Assembly: GCF_006345805.1 (NCBI RefSeq)
Contig: NC_043001.1
Span: 111,042,001-111,106,000, forward strand
DNA from: Octopus sinensis
Taxonomy: Eukaryota
Direction of reading: 5' to 3'
DNA: 64,000 nucleotides
This document shows positions 1 to 12,499 of the stretch, one piece after another. The notes under the pieces were generated by a model, which was given only the letters and a program-made list of their open reading frames with translations, made no database searches and was not told the DNA's origin. Position 1 is the first letter of the stretch. Each line of letters opens with the position of its first letter. Both the position numbers and the translations under genes were made by a program.

Positions 1-60
1 AAATCGAATAATCCTGCAATTAAAAATATCAATAGTAGTACTTATGGCACTACTACACCA

Positions 61-176
61 CCCAAGAATACAAATTGCAGAGACCCTAATGTAAATTAGA
101 AAGAAATTGTAAAAAGAAATACAGTGTGTACCAGGCAACAATTATAATGCAGGACTCACCGATATATAGAAGCTAC

Positions 177-229
<53 letters not shown>

Positions 230-470
230 TCTGTATCTTCTAAGTCCTCTAGCTACACCTTGGAAATAAAAGACAAAATAAATCAACTATACTTTAGAAT
301 GGCATATTCTAGCAGAAAACTTCGTCTTAAACCATTAACAATAAGCGCTGTGAGCTTTGTATAACAGAAAAACTACTAATTTTAATGGCCAAATCACCTC
401 TACTCAATAAAAGTTATGAAAAGGATTTACTTTGTTTGCATAAAGGCTAATTCGTATTCTCTAAGTTTCG
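61..470 (+). mobile_element. Decayed Penelope-like element, GIY-YIG endonuclease C-terminal region, split by a (TA)n tract
   Basis: Manual translation across frameshifts gives NCRDP..VYQATI..YIEAT (61-180) and KRCELCITEKLLILMAKSPLLNKSYEKDLLCLHK (~340-450). These match the CNC..VYQA..YIG / C.LCL.EK..I..LLN..C.H pattern of PLE (Naiad-like) endonucleases. Confidence 0.65.
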
Positions 471-884
471 TTAAAACCACTCATTCCTGTATACACCACT
501 GTCTCCTAGCTTAAATGTTATTAGCAGACCTACTTATCAGTATATTACCTCCCCTAAACCTTCCCTAACCTAATTAGCTTACGCATATCCAACCCACATT
601 ATCAATAAATATTAATAAGACTAATCTACTTTCTACGCTAGTCTACTTCTTTCCTATTATTCTTTTCAGTCAAGAACTACCTACTCTTTTCACACGTTAT
701 ATTACCCCTCTTCTATCTTTTTTCTGCTCTTATACTCTTTCTTGTAATATTAATGAATACGTGTGTGTAACATAATTACTACATGTGCATGTACTTTTCT
801 AATACTTTCTAATACTTTTGAATAAATAGACACATTGGAATGTCTACCAGCTGATGTAATACGTATATATATATAAAATATATG

Positions 885-1060
885 TAGTTGAAATTTACAG
901 AAAAGCAAAAGACGAAGACAGGTGTGTAAGCAACAAACAGGTGTATTAGTTTAGCCTTCGGGAATGTGAGAAAGTCTTTTACGTTTCGAGCCTATGCTCT
1001 TAAACAGAAAGGGACACGTAGAAATAGAGTGAGAATAACAAACTTTCGGAGATAGCTGTC
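885..1060 (-). mobile_element. PLE-type terminal repeat (family P1), inverted relative to the copy at 1340-1670; hammerhead-like motif at 975-1012
   Basis: Reverse complement aligns with 1495-1670, 14700-14830 and 47668-47790. Minus strand reads CCTTT CTGTTTA A GAGC ATAG GCTC GAAA CG TA AAAGA. Confidence 0.65.
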
Positions 1061-1339
1061 GATCATGGTGGCTACACACACACACGCACACACACACACA
1101 AATATATACATATTTTCTCCTCTCCTTCCTTCTCCCCCCTCCCCTTCCCCCTCCTCTTCTCCCCTTTCTTTCTCCCCCTCACCCCTCCCATCTCACCCTT
1201 ACCTCCCCTCCCCTCTTCTCCTCTCTCTACACTACACCATACGACTTTACACATCACATCATATATACATACACACTAATACTCTCTCATACACACACAC
1301 ACACACACACACACTCTTCTCATACACACACTCTTATGT

Positions 1340-1670
1340 TTGAGCGGGGGTCATTCAACCCTATTATCTCCCCTAATTTCGCTCTTGCGTCTCATGTTTG
1401 ATCTTTGACTTCTGGCCGAAATCAGATCGCCATGTTGATTGGCTAGCTTCTGCACGCATTTTTTTCCCTCCTTGTTTCTTTCCGTGTTTCTTTTCTGTGT
1501 ATCTTTCTGTTGAAGAGCGTAGGCTCGAAACGTTAAAGACTTGTTTCATTTATATTTCCTGAGCGCCATACTAATACAATTGTTTGTTTGTATTCCACCT
1601 GCCTTCGTTTTTTGTTTATTTCCGTAAACCTGCCTTCGTCTTTTGTCTATTTTCATAAAGCTTACCGTTA
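1340..1670 (+). mobile_element. PLE-type terminal repeat (family P1) with variant minimal hammerhead at 1502-1539
   Basis: TCTTT CTGTTGA A GAGC GTAG GCTC GAAA CG TT AAAGA: stem I 5 bp, stem II 4 bp. Ends at (TA)n. Confidence 0.65.
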
Positions 1671-1671
1671 T

Positions 1672-1728
<57 letters not shown>

Positions 1729-1739
1729 GCATGTATATA

Positions 1740-1960
1740 TTCTTTTTCTTCTTTCAGTTAACCGATGTGGGTATTCTGGAGCTCCACTTTGACGCGTTTT
1801 AGACGAACAAATCGACCGCAGGCCTTATTTTTTAAGATTAGTGCTAATTCTGACAGTGTTTTTTTGCTGAATCGCTAAGTTACGGGGATGTGTACACACA
1901 AACATCGCTTGTCAAGCGGTGACGGGGGACACAGAGACAAATATATTTACATATACGTGT
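1740..1960 (-). mobile_element. SINE family E 3' half (degraded)
   Basis: Similar to 17945-18170, 41070-41240 and 61975-62160 (aaatcgacc, cgctaagttacggggatg, gcttgtcaagcggtg). Confidence 0.6.
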
Positions 1961-2398
1961 GTGTGTGTGTGTTTTTTTTTTAGACATATAGGAATAGAAA
2001 TATATCTCTCCATATATAACCATTTAGGGTACAAGAAAATCATATGAAATAGGTCTGAACGCAAAATTGTTGTGTGTTTAAAACATGGACTCCTCTTTCA
2101 GATTTAAATAATCCTTGCTCAAAATGAAGATGTGAAACCATCCTTCATTATGTTATGCGATCAGAATGGCAGTTAATAAATCATGTTGACCAACGATTAC
2201 ATACTTGTTTAAGTGGAATGCTTTCCATTAATATTTCCATTTATGTTCTTAATCTCTTCCTATTGTTATTGCATGGTTTCTTCCTTGACAAGATGTTCTG
2301 TAATATGTCAAACTGATTGTTAGAGTTAATTACCTACACGACATACGCCGATAATCAGTTACTTGTAATACAATTACGTTGTCTACATAACTATTGTC

Positions 2399-2399
<1 letters not shown>

Positions 2400-2448
<49 letters not shown>

Positions 2449-2466
2449 TGATGATGATGATGATGT

Positions 2467-2516
<50 letters not shown>

Positions 2517-2612
2517 CTGCTGATGGTGGTGGTGATGATGATGATGATGATGATGGTGGTGATGATGATGATGATGATGATGATGATGGTGGTGGTGATG
2601 ATGATGATGATG

Positions 2613-2640
<28 letters not shown>
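2400..2640. repeat. Compound (AAT)n-(GAT)n-(AAT)n microsatellite
   Basis: Direct reading. Confidence 0.95.
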
Positions 2641-2643
<3 letters not shown>

Positions 2644-3258
2644 CAGACAGTGGCTCTCATGGCTCCTGATCTTAACCGATAGGAAGATGCCCTGATGCAG
2701 TACCAGACATGGCTTTCATGGCTGCTGATCTTAACTAATTGGTCATCATGTAATTAACAAAAGTGTCATCATGTAATTGCTTTGTCTTGGTATAAAAGTT
2801 GGACTACAACAAATATTCTGCTCAATACCACAGATTTGCTTGTCGGTTCTTTGACCTTAACCAGTTGACCATGTCCCTTAGTGGATGACGATATATGCAT
2901 CTCTGATCATCAGCAGAAGTAGTGAGGGAGCATCATAGCCGTGTGTTGAAAGGAATGTTTGGAGGTTTGAATAATTCCCCTTTGGAATCATAGGTGGTTC
3001 GTTCAACATCCTTAAACAGTCCTTATTCAGGGACATTTTGAGCAGGATAGGCTACTCGACCAGAAGAAAATTCTAACTGGACCCCACCTGCAAGGTCATG
3101 CGCTGTTTATCATGATATAAGATCACCATGTCGCGCACATATGGTTATGATGCATGTGTCTGGTGTACCTTTATCAGGCGGGTAGGCATGATGGGTATAA
3201 TGGGCTTCGTATATTTTACACCACTGTCACTTTGATGGCATGCTCTGCTAGCTCACTC
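2641..3258 (+). mobile_element. ~555-bp (AAT)n-embedded non-coding element, copy 1 (partially duplicated 5' end)
   Basis: Aligns end to end with 3469-4013, 33079-33635 and 34359-34914. Ends ctcactc|aataat. Confidence 0.85.
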
Positions 3259-3307
<49 letters not shown>

Positions 3308-3310
3308 GTA

Positions 3311-3370
<60 letters not shown>

Positions 3371-3371
3371 G

Positions 3372-3416
<45 letters not shown>

Positions 3417-3418
3417 TG

Positions 3419-3468
<50 letters not shown>

Positions 3469-3469
<1 letters not shown>

Positions 3470-4013
3470 TGTCCTGATGGAGTACAAGGCAGTGGTTCTC
3501 ATGAGTTCTGATCTTAATTGATTGGAGGTGTTATCATTTGCCCTCTTTTGTTTTTGTAGAAAAGATGGGCTACAACAAATATTCTGCTCAATACCACAGA
3601 TTTGCTTGTCAGATGCTTGGCCGTAACCAGTTGAGGATGTCCCTTAGTGGCTGACGATATGCGCAACTCTAACCACGAGCAGAGTAGTGGGGGGGTATCA
3701 TAGCCATGTGTTGAGAGGGATGCTTGGGGGTTTGAATAATTCACCTTTGGAAACATGGGTCTTTAGTTCAACATCTTTAAACAACCCTTATTAAGGGACC
3801 TTTTAAGCGTGATGGCCTACTCGACCTGAAGAAAATTCTAACTGGGCCCACCTGCAATGTCATGCGCTATTAATCTTGGTATGAGATCACTATGTCGCGC
3901 ACATATGGTTGTGATGCATGTGCACTTATCAGACGGGTAGTCATGATGGATATACTGGGCTTCCTATATTTTGCCCCAGTGTCCCTTTGATGGCATGCAC
4001 TTTTCTCTCACTC
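3469..4013 (+). mobile_element. ~555-bp (AAT)n-embedded element, copy 2
   Basis: Same termini as the other copies; (AAT)n on both sides. Confidence 0.85.
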
Positions 4014-4014
4014 G

Positions 4015-4047
<33 letters not shown>

Positions 4048-4070
4048 GAATTAATAATAATAATAATAAT

Positions 4071-6180
4071 ACTATGTTCAAGGCATTTACTGCAGTGATA
4101 TCGCAAAGGCTGAATAAGCACCTGGACGAAAACAAACTGTTCCCAGAAGAGCAGAAAGGATGCCGCAAGGGCTCAAGACAGCCACAGAAAGAAGAAAGGC
4201 CTCAGTATGGCCTGGATTGACTACAAAAAGGCGTTTGATAGCATCCCCCACACATGGATCCTCGAAACACTAGCCATTAACAAAGTAGCACCAACAATCA
4301 TAAAATTCATAGAGCACTCTATGAATAAATGGCAAACTGTCCTACACCTCCAAACTAAAGAGGGACTCATGAAAACCAAAGACATCCCCATTAGAAGAGG
4401 AATATTCCAGGGAGACACGCTCTCTCCACTCCTTTTCTGCTTGGCACTGTCACCTCTATCTGATATGCTAAATAGAACTGGATGCGGATATAAATGTTAC
4501 GGCAAAACGATCAGCCACCTTTTATATATGGATGACCTAAAACTATACGCTGCAAATGACAAACAGCTGGAAACACTATTAAAGACAGTTCATGGATTTA
4601 CCAAAGAAATAGATATGAAATTTGGATTAGAAAAATGCGCCAAAGTAACCATGAAAAGAGGAAAACTAGTTAAGAATAATCAACATCACACTAGATAAAA
4701 CCAATGAAATAAAAGAATTAGACCAAAGCCAAACTTACAAATACTTAGGAATCCATGATTAGATGACACAACACACACAAATGAAAGAGAAAATAAAAAA
4801 AAGAATATTATAGACGAGTTAGATCAATACTAAAAACAGAGCTCAATGCTAAAAACAAGATACTAGGTATCAACACTTTAGCTGTCCCAGTTATAAGTTA
4901 CAGCTACAATATCCTTAACTGGACACGAAATGAACTGTCCAAAATAGATAGGAAAACAAGAAAAATACTGACAGGATCTAGGATGCATCACCCAAAATCT
5001 GACATAGAAAGACTATATATACAACGTATAGAAGGTGGTAGAGACCTTATACAGCTGGAAAACTACTATAAAATAACCACCATAGGACTGCAAAAATACC
5101 TACTTCAGAAGGAAGGAAAACTGATCCAGATAGCAGCAAAACACGAGCAAAACAAAAAACTGTTCTCAGTATTTAAGGAAGCTGACAAATACAAACAAGA
5201 AATCATACCACCTAATAAACACAAAGAAGAAGAAGATGATGAAGAAACAACAAAAGCTATAAAAAAAATGAAATCCAAACTAAAAATAGAACAGCAACGA
5301 GCCATGATAAAACGATGGCAAGAAAAACCCCTTCATGGTAAATACTGCACTAAACTAAACGCAAAAGAAATAGACAAAGAAAAATCCCAGCAATGGTTGA
5401 GAAGCTCAGGACTCAAAGCAGAAACAGAGGGATTTTTATTTGCAGCACAAGACCAAAGCCTCCCCACCAGAAATTACCAAAAACATGTAATGAAAAGAAA
5501 TATTACAAGTAGCTGCAGAATATGTGGAGATGGACAAGAAACAATAAGTCATATTATCTCTAGCTGCCCAGTCCTGGCTAAGAAGGAATATATTCACAGA
5601 CATGACAGAGTTGGAACCTACATACATTGGAAGCTATGCCAACATTATGGAATAACAACAGAAAAAAGATGGTATAGGCACACACCAGAAAAGGTCACAG
5701 AAAACGAGAAAGCAACCATACTCTGGGATATGCCGATACACACAGATAGAGAAATTAAGGCCAACAGACCAGATAGAGTTGTCAGAGATCATGAAGAAAA
5801 AAAATGCTTTCTAATTGATGTATCAATACCGGCAGATGACAACGTGTCTCTAAAAGAAATGGAGAAACTCTCAAAATACAAAGACCTGGAAATAGAGGTA
5901 ACCAGAATGTGGAACCTGAAAACAGAAACAATTCCTATCATAGTAGGTGCATTAGGCATGATAAAAAAATATTCAGACAAATACATAACAAAAACACCAG
6001 GACTTACAAACACATATAACATACAGAAAATTGCACTACTAGGCACTGCACACATCCTACGCAGAACACTTTCCATACAATAACCATCAGATCATCACAA
6101 CAAATCACAGCACATACCCAAGGCACACAGAGCTGCGCTCGGTAGTGAAGTGAAAGCACGCTATAAAAATAAAACTACTG
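4071..6180 (+). mobile_element. 5'-truncated R4/Dong-clade non-LTR retrotransposon (RT + CCHC + restriction-like endonuclease), frameshifted
   Basis: RT motifs WIDYKKAFDS, RGIFQGDTLSPLLF and LLYMDDLKLY. C-terminal CRICGDGQETISHIISSC zinc knuckle, RHDRV and RPD..LIDVSIP..EKLSKYKDL RLE motif. Flanked by (AAT)n on both sides. Confidence 0.9.
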
Positions 6181-6198
6181 AATAATAATAATAATAAT

Positions 6199-6880
6199 AA
6201 CACCAGTGGAGTATAAATTAAGACGACAGAGCTGGCCAATATCTCCACTGGCTAATTAGTCGGCATTACAATATCAAAACTGCCGACAAGTGGTATAATC
6301 ACCACCCTGAGGCTGTAACTGAAGGAGAAAATGTAACCATTCTGTGGGACTTTCCAGTACATACAGACCGAACCATCAGGGCCAATAAACCAGATATTGT
6401 TGTGAAAGACCAAAACAATAAAGTTTGCTTATTGATCGACATGAGCATCCCCTGTGATCATAATATCTCAGCGAAAGAGTTTGACAAGCTCAGAAAATAT
6501 AAAGACCTACTCATTGAAATTGAGAAAATGTGGCATCTCAAGGCGGTTACAATACCAGTGATCGTAGGAGCACTAGGAATGATCAAGAAGGGAACCGAAA
6601 ATTATATGAGAATGATCCCTGGTTTACCATCCCTGCAAGAAGTGCAAAACATTGTCTTAACTGGTACATCACACGTATTGAGAAGAGCATTGTCGATGTG
6701 AGAACTGTTGCTGCTCATGTATTTTAATTTAACTTTTAAAAAAATAAAAAAATAAAAAAAAAAAATGAACGAACTACTGAGTTTGGTTTAATGGCCTACC
6801 AATGTATACTATGAGTTTCTTTGCCCTAGGAGTCGGGAAGACACCCGGCAAGAAATGGAAGCAAATTTGAAAGAAGAAAA
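6199..6880 (+). mobile_element. Second, divergent R4/Dong 3' fragment (RLE domain + 3' UTR)
   Basis: DRAGQYLHW..ILWDFPVHTDRTIRANKPDIVVKD..LLIDMSIP..DKLRKYKDL..IPVIVGALG; paralogous to 5600-6080. Confidence 0.85.
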
Positions 6881-6883
6881 TCA

Positions 6884-7030
6884 GATCAGCCCCTGTACTT
6901 GACGGGTACTTAATTTATCGACCCCAAAATGATGAAATGCAAAGTTAACTTCGGCGGAATTTGAACTCAGAACGTAACCACTGGAGGAATACTGCAAAGT
7001 ATTTCGTCGAGCGTGCTGACGATTTAGGCA
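6884..7030 (-). mobile_element. tRNA-derived SINE family A
   Basis: Reverse complement contains gttctgagttcaaattccgccga and catcattttggggtcgataaattaagtacc. Confidence 0.8.
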
Positions 7031-7050
7031 GTTGAATAATAATAATAATA

Positions 7051-7100
<50 letters not shown>

Positions 7101-7101
<1 letters not shown>

Positions 7102-7375
7102 TAGTATTCCGAACTGGAAGAGAAAATGGCAAGACTGTATGTAATGTGAGAACGTAATGTAAAAGTGATACCAGTGGTGATCGGAGCGTTGGCCTCAGTC
7201 CCATTGGAACTTTAAGTCTTCTTAAGGCAACTGAAAGTTCCAGGCAAGATTGATGTCTTGCAAAAAGCAGCCTTATTGGGTTCAACGTACATCGTAAAGA
7301 AAGATTTTTTCTGTTTGATATCTTTGTTGTGACTTGACAGATGACTAAAGAATCCGGTGCATTTTTACCTACGCT
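7101..7375 (+). mobile_element. Third, older R4/Dong 3' fragment
   Basis: One frame with two stops: YSELEEKMARL..VKVIPVVIGALASVP..DVLQKAALLGSTYIVKK. Directly follows an (AAT)n tract. Confidence 0.7.
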
Positions 7376-7384
7376 GTGACGAAG

Positions 7385-7525
7385 AAATGTTTGTTCCTTC
7401 TCGAGCCACACCTGGCTCATAAGGGCCGGTTTCTCGGTTTCCTTGGCGTATAGGTTTCCCAACTGGACGGGATGCCAGTAAGTCGCAGATGAACTGCAAG
7501 ATGCAGGAGGAAAGAGTGAGAGAAA
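7385..7525 (-). mobile_element. SINE 3' module joined to a family B middle segment
   Basis: Ends in gaaagagtgagagaaag, which is shared with family B copies. Confidence 0.55.
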
Positions 7526-7674
7526 GTTACTTATTATTGATTTAAACCAGTGGCTAGCATACTTGAAGATGTCAGATGACTATGAATTATATTAAATATA
7601 TAAATATAAATAAGAGCAATAGCGATTTGGCGTCTTCTTCTAGCATATCATGAACCCACTTGTTGGCTATTCCA

Positions 7675-7750
<76 letters not shown>

Positions 7751-8889
7751 GTGTGTGTGTATTTGTATACAGACATGCATATATGCTTATGTGTGTGCAC
7801 CCGTTTGTAATTATATTGCATAGGTTTAATTTTATATGTAAATGCCTGTTCACAATTAATTAATATTCGTGCCCTTTATACAATAGACTGAATCAATAGC
7901 AAAGATACGTTATTGATATAAACTTATTATTATTGATTCTGTGTCTCAACTGCAAACACACGAATTGTCGACTTATAAGAATTCATATAGCAAACACTTT
8001 GATACACACGTGATATCAAGGAGAATATATTTCCTCATCTTATCACTTAAGAATATTTGACGCGTCCGTTCACAATTTATTTTTCCTTTTCTGTCCAAGC
8101 ATATTTTTTTTTTTGCTTTGTGCGTTCAAGTATAAGCAAAATATTTCAGGCATATATAAATATACTTATTTTAAATTATGTATAAGAATGCTTATGAGAT
8201 TTTTTTATATCGAAGCATATATGTGATATTTGCAGTCCCATTGGATAATTCTCTATACCAATTCGGAAATTCTATACAAGTGTGATAGTATGAACATGAG
8301 ATCCAACTTGGAAGAAATCACTTCATATATCTTGGATGCCGTTCATTTATTAGAGTATTCATGAAATAATCAGTCACAGCTACGATAACAAAATTCATAT
8401 CAATTTTGTCTCTCTCCCTTCTGTATTTCCATTGGTTTATTAGTTCTAACCTCTATTATCACTTTATCGATTCATTCAGATACGTATATGTTCCCCAAAA
8501 TACGACTACAAACTTATTAAACTAGTCGGTTTACACTCATACCAACGCAAACGCTCTTACATATGCGGTGCGTGTGATTTTATGAGTACGTGTTCATATA
8601 TGGAAAATGTCCACATATCAAAGGTTTTGTATAAGTTATCTACGAAACATCGTAAAACATATTCCTAGTCGGTAATAAGTACGATTTAGAATCGAAAGTC
8701 AGTAATGGTTACGCATATTTTATTCACGAATGTAGACACCAGGGTATGAAATGTGGAGCGGCACATAAAGCTAAATATGCGCCCAAACATCAACAGCATA
8801 CAAACACACAAGTACACTCACAGAGACGCTCAAGTTTTGCAAGTGTTTGTAAAATTGCATATTTATGCATATACACACACACACATATA

Positions 8890-9100
8890 TATAAAATATT
8901 AGGGAGAATAACTCCAAACTTACAGGGGGGAATTCAATTTAGTATTAAATCAAATTTCACAATATAAATATATAAAATATAAATTAGAGATAAAACCACT
9001 ATTATGCAAGTGAAACAGTGATAGACATAAACCAAAACATAAGCAACAACTATTATATATTTTTATAAAACATATAGGTAGGTCTCAAAATGTATAAAAA
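8890..9100 (+). repeat. AT-rich (TA)n-embedded repeat family D (also 37920-38215, 59100-59270, 61040-61380)
   Basis: Shared motif attagaga(t/c)aaaaccactatt; abuts (TA)n. Confidence 0.6.
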
Positions 9101-9440
9101 TGAATGATCAATATATAATAAGTAAAAATACTATGTACGCTTCATAGCTACAATTAAATTCGAAATAAAATTAAGTTTCAATTCAACTGAAATAAAGTCG
9201 GTTTAAAATTATAGTCAATCTTCAGGTTAACGATAATAGTTAGATAAGTAAGCAAATAGAGTTAAACAATATTTATTTAAAAAATAAATAAAATGAATAA
9301 AATAATAATTTTTCGTATACAAAAACTCCATTAGCTAAATTTGAAAATTAAAACATTAGGATTATTTCCTACAACACATTTATTATGTTAAATATTTAAT
9401 ATTTAAGGTAAAAAACAATAGATAGAAATATGTATTTATC

Positions 9441-9691
9441 TCACCGGTAAAATTTCCAATTTTCGTTGACTCTTGCAAACTTTTCAATAGTCTTAACTCT
9501 CTTCTTCGCCTACAACAAATTCCTGAGCTGCTAAAGTTGTGCCTTAAAAACATTTTATTCCCATATGACCTCTCTTCACTTTGAGAAATTAGGCATGAAA
9601 AAGAGAGTCAAGAATATTGAAAAGGTTGCAAGACGCAACGAAAACCTTTAGTAAAATAAACATAAGAAATAAGTGGAAATTTTACCGGTGA
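9441..9691. repeat. Imperfect inverted repeat (arms ~9441-9505 and ~9600-9691)
   Basis: ctcaccggtaaaatttcca / tggaaattttaccggtgag exact; the rest of the arms is diverged. Confidence 0.7.
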
Positions 9692-10132
9692 GTGTGTTAA
9701 ATCATAAGGCACAAAAAGAAAATGACTCTCCCCAGACATAACAAAATATGCTTCAACACACGAACTCATATAAAGAATCTTGCAAACCAAATCCAAAAAG
9801 AAAACTTAATATTATGGCTTGTAGGTTATTGCTTATTGCTTAGTCTATACCTTTAATATGTTAACGACAGTAACATTAGGAAGCTACTGGAAAGCTTTCA
9901 ATTTTTGTTATGGATGGTTTTAAACAATGTAAAAAACATTGTTACGTCGCTATCACTATATTTCTTCCTCTCAAAGTGTCATCCTTTTCTATAAGATTTT
10001 ATAACGTTAGCAATTCCGATATAAATATCATTCTCTCTAGAAAATTCTTTCACTATTATGAGAATTCGTTTTCGGCTAAGTGGAAAGCGTGACGTATAAT
10101 TCAATAGACAATTGATCATGATGTGTTTAGTA

Positions 10133-10370
10133 GGAATTTCAACCGTGTTTCGTGGTCTACTACCACAACAGCTCCTTTATAGGATCCAGTTAGCCCAAGA
10201 CATCATCAGGAGGAACTACGTCCGGTTTCGGCCCCTACTCCTCTACCGTTTTGACGTGGCGCCCCCCCCCCCCATTCGGAGGTGTCTTAAGCTCTGGTGT
10301 TTGCTGCATGCCTTCTTCTTCTTTCTTCGGTTCCCTGGCCTTTTCGATGTAGCGTCAACGAGTGTCAGAT
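10133..10370 (-). mobile_element. PLE-type terminal repeat with two degenerate hammerhead-like motifs
   Basis: Minus strand has ..GGCC GAAA CCGGACGTA and CTGATGA TGTCT..AGACCAC GAAA CACGGTT; stems are partly broken. Confidence 0.4.
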
Positions 10371-11744
10371 CATGATGTGCTATCTATAATTAAACGAGAT
10401 TATAACAATATTGTCGGCATAAAGTACTGCCTTACTCGACAACCAGTATTGAGGAAAGGAGTTGTTGATAGTTTTGCATATTAGGAAAATACAAAAAGTA
10501 GTATAAACGTTTTATAAAGGTAATCAGAATCACACTGTAAAAGAATAAGGTGGATATTCATCTTAGTATGAGGAATGCTTTAGTAAGTACCCTACAGCTT
10601 CCGACACACAGATGTATTTCCAGCCGGAAACTCAGATCATTAGTGTTAATTTCGCAAAATTTGTAATCAACGACATATCATTCTTCACTAATTACGTTCT
10701 AATACACGTAAGCTATCACCTTATTATCGAATCATACTCATCAGTTTACTAAAAATATATATATATATGGCTCTGGAATTGTAGTTTTCATAGAGCATTC
10801 AATTGTTATCAAGTTTTAATTATCTTAGCAATAAGATAGCTTGAGCTGGATTTAATTATCCAACTGTAATTATCATATTGCTAAGATACACAGAGCTGCA
10901 TAAATACAATCATCGATTAAAGTCAGATTATGGTTGATAAATAATGTAGGTTAATCGCGCTTTCACAAATTACGCACAAATGAGCCTACTTAGAAAACTA
11001 CTTCACATTTTATTCCAGCAGAGATACACACTATAGATTTTTTAAAACACGTTTTAACCATTTAGACCAATAATACTTGTTAACCCGAACAATAATATAA
11101 TAATGACTCACCTCCTTCTGTTATTTATTCAAGTAAATTACTTCTTCATGGCTAATTTCTGAAAGTGAGCAGAGGTGATATGAGAATAAAATGGTGTTAA
11201 GGCACAATTTTGCCAGCTCAGGGATTTGTTTTTGTACGCGAAGAAAGGATTTCTTCAAGTTTTATGAAATATATTGTTATTTTGAAGTAATCCTGTTCAG
11301 CTCTTTCTCTAATATTTCGATGTAGCTGAGATTGATATAGACCAGCAAGCACCGCTTATTTCGTAAATGTGCGTGGTACTTGAGAGACAATGATGTGAGT
11401 AAGCTATTACATTTAAACAATGTATCCAGTTATCCATTTGGTCTCCCTCTTGTCAGTAATGATGGTAGGATGAGGTGGATGCTGTTCACTAGAGGTGTAG
11501 TTAGCAAGAGTTGATGTTAAGGGAGTTAAGATTCTCTTGGTGTATCAAGCGAATGGTGTTAATGAAGACACATGGAGTGATAGAATTTACAACAAAAATG
11601 AAGAACAGCAATCTCATGTACACAACAGTTTGTGGAAAGGAAGATTAATAGCCACCTTCGCAGGTACTTGCAGATGTCTTCAATAAGATGTGAAGTTATA
11701 ATCCGATATTCATCATGTACCTCAGTAAGCAAACGACACAAAAC

Positions 11745-11860
11745 CTACTCGGAGGAAAGAATACAGAGTGGTAGGAATACAGAGGGGGAGGAGTACAGAG
11801 AGGGAAGAATACAGAGAGGGAGGAATAGAGAGAGGGAGGAATACACGGAGAGAGGAAGGA
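11745..11860. repeat. ~16-17-bp purine-rich minisatellite (gaatacagagagggag), about 6 units
   Basis: Direct reading. Confidence 0.8.
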
Positions 11861-12499
11861 AGACAATGAATATTAAAAATTAATACAAAAGAAATAACAA
11901 TTATAGTTTTCGTCGCTGCAAACACAGTGAGTGAAGCTAATGAAGACGAGGAAGAATTGTCTAATTACACCAATCACTCTATTCGACATTTCCTTGATAA
12001 TATAATTCCATACATTGACAACTCAATGCATAATGAAGTTAAACTATATTATCAAGATTTAGGTGTTTTTTCGGAAACACAATAAGCAATATTTTCAAGA
12101 ACTAAGCTTCTGTAATTTGACTTACTCCGTGAGTTGGGCTCTGCAGTAAATCTTAGGTTTACTCATGTTATTGATGATCCAGCTGCTGTTGACTGAATAC
12201 AACAAACATCATTCTACTCATTCTATTTTATGATGAAAATGTGACGTACGCTACAGGCGCATAACATATATACAAAATTATAGTAACAATTTATCAACTT
12301 GACTTCTGCGGCGATGGCCCCAAATATAACCGTTAAATGAAACTATTCGTCAGCTACTACACGTAGATGAAATCAACGATATACATTTTTCCATTGCAAT
12401 TCCTACACACTGTAAACTTCAAAATATATAATTTAATACAGCGTTCTACACAGAATTTCATAATAAATATAAATTCGTCTTCGATGATGCCCTTAAAGC

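Noticed and set aside
8620-8660. Hammerhead-like GAAACATCGTA with GTTTT/AAAAC stem
   Set aside because: No CUGANGA core.
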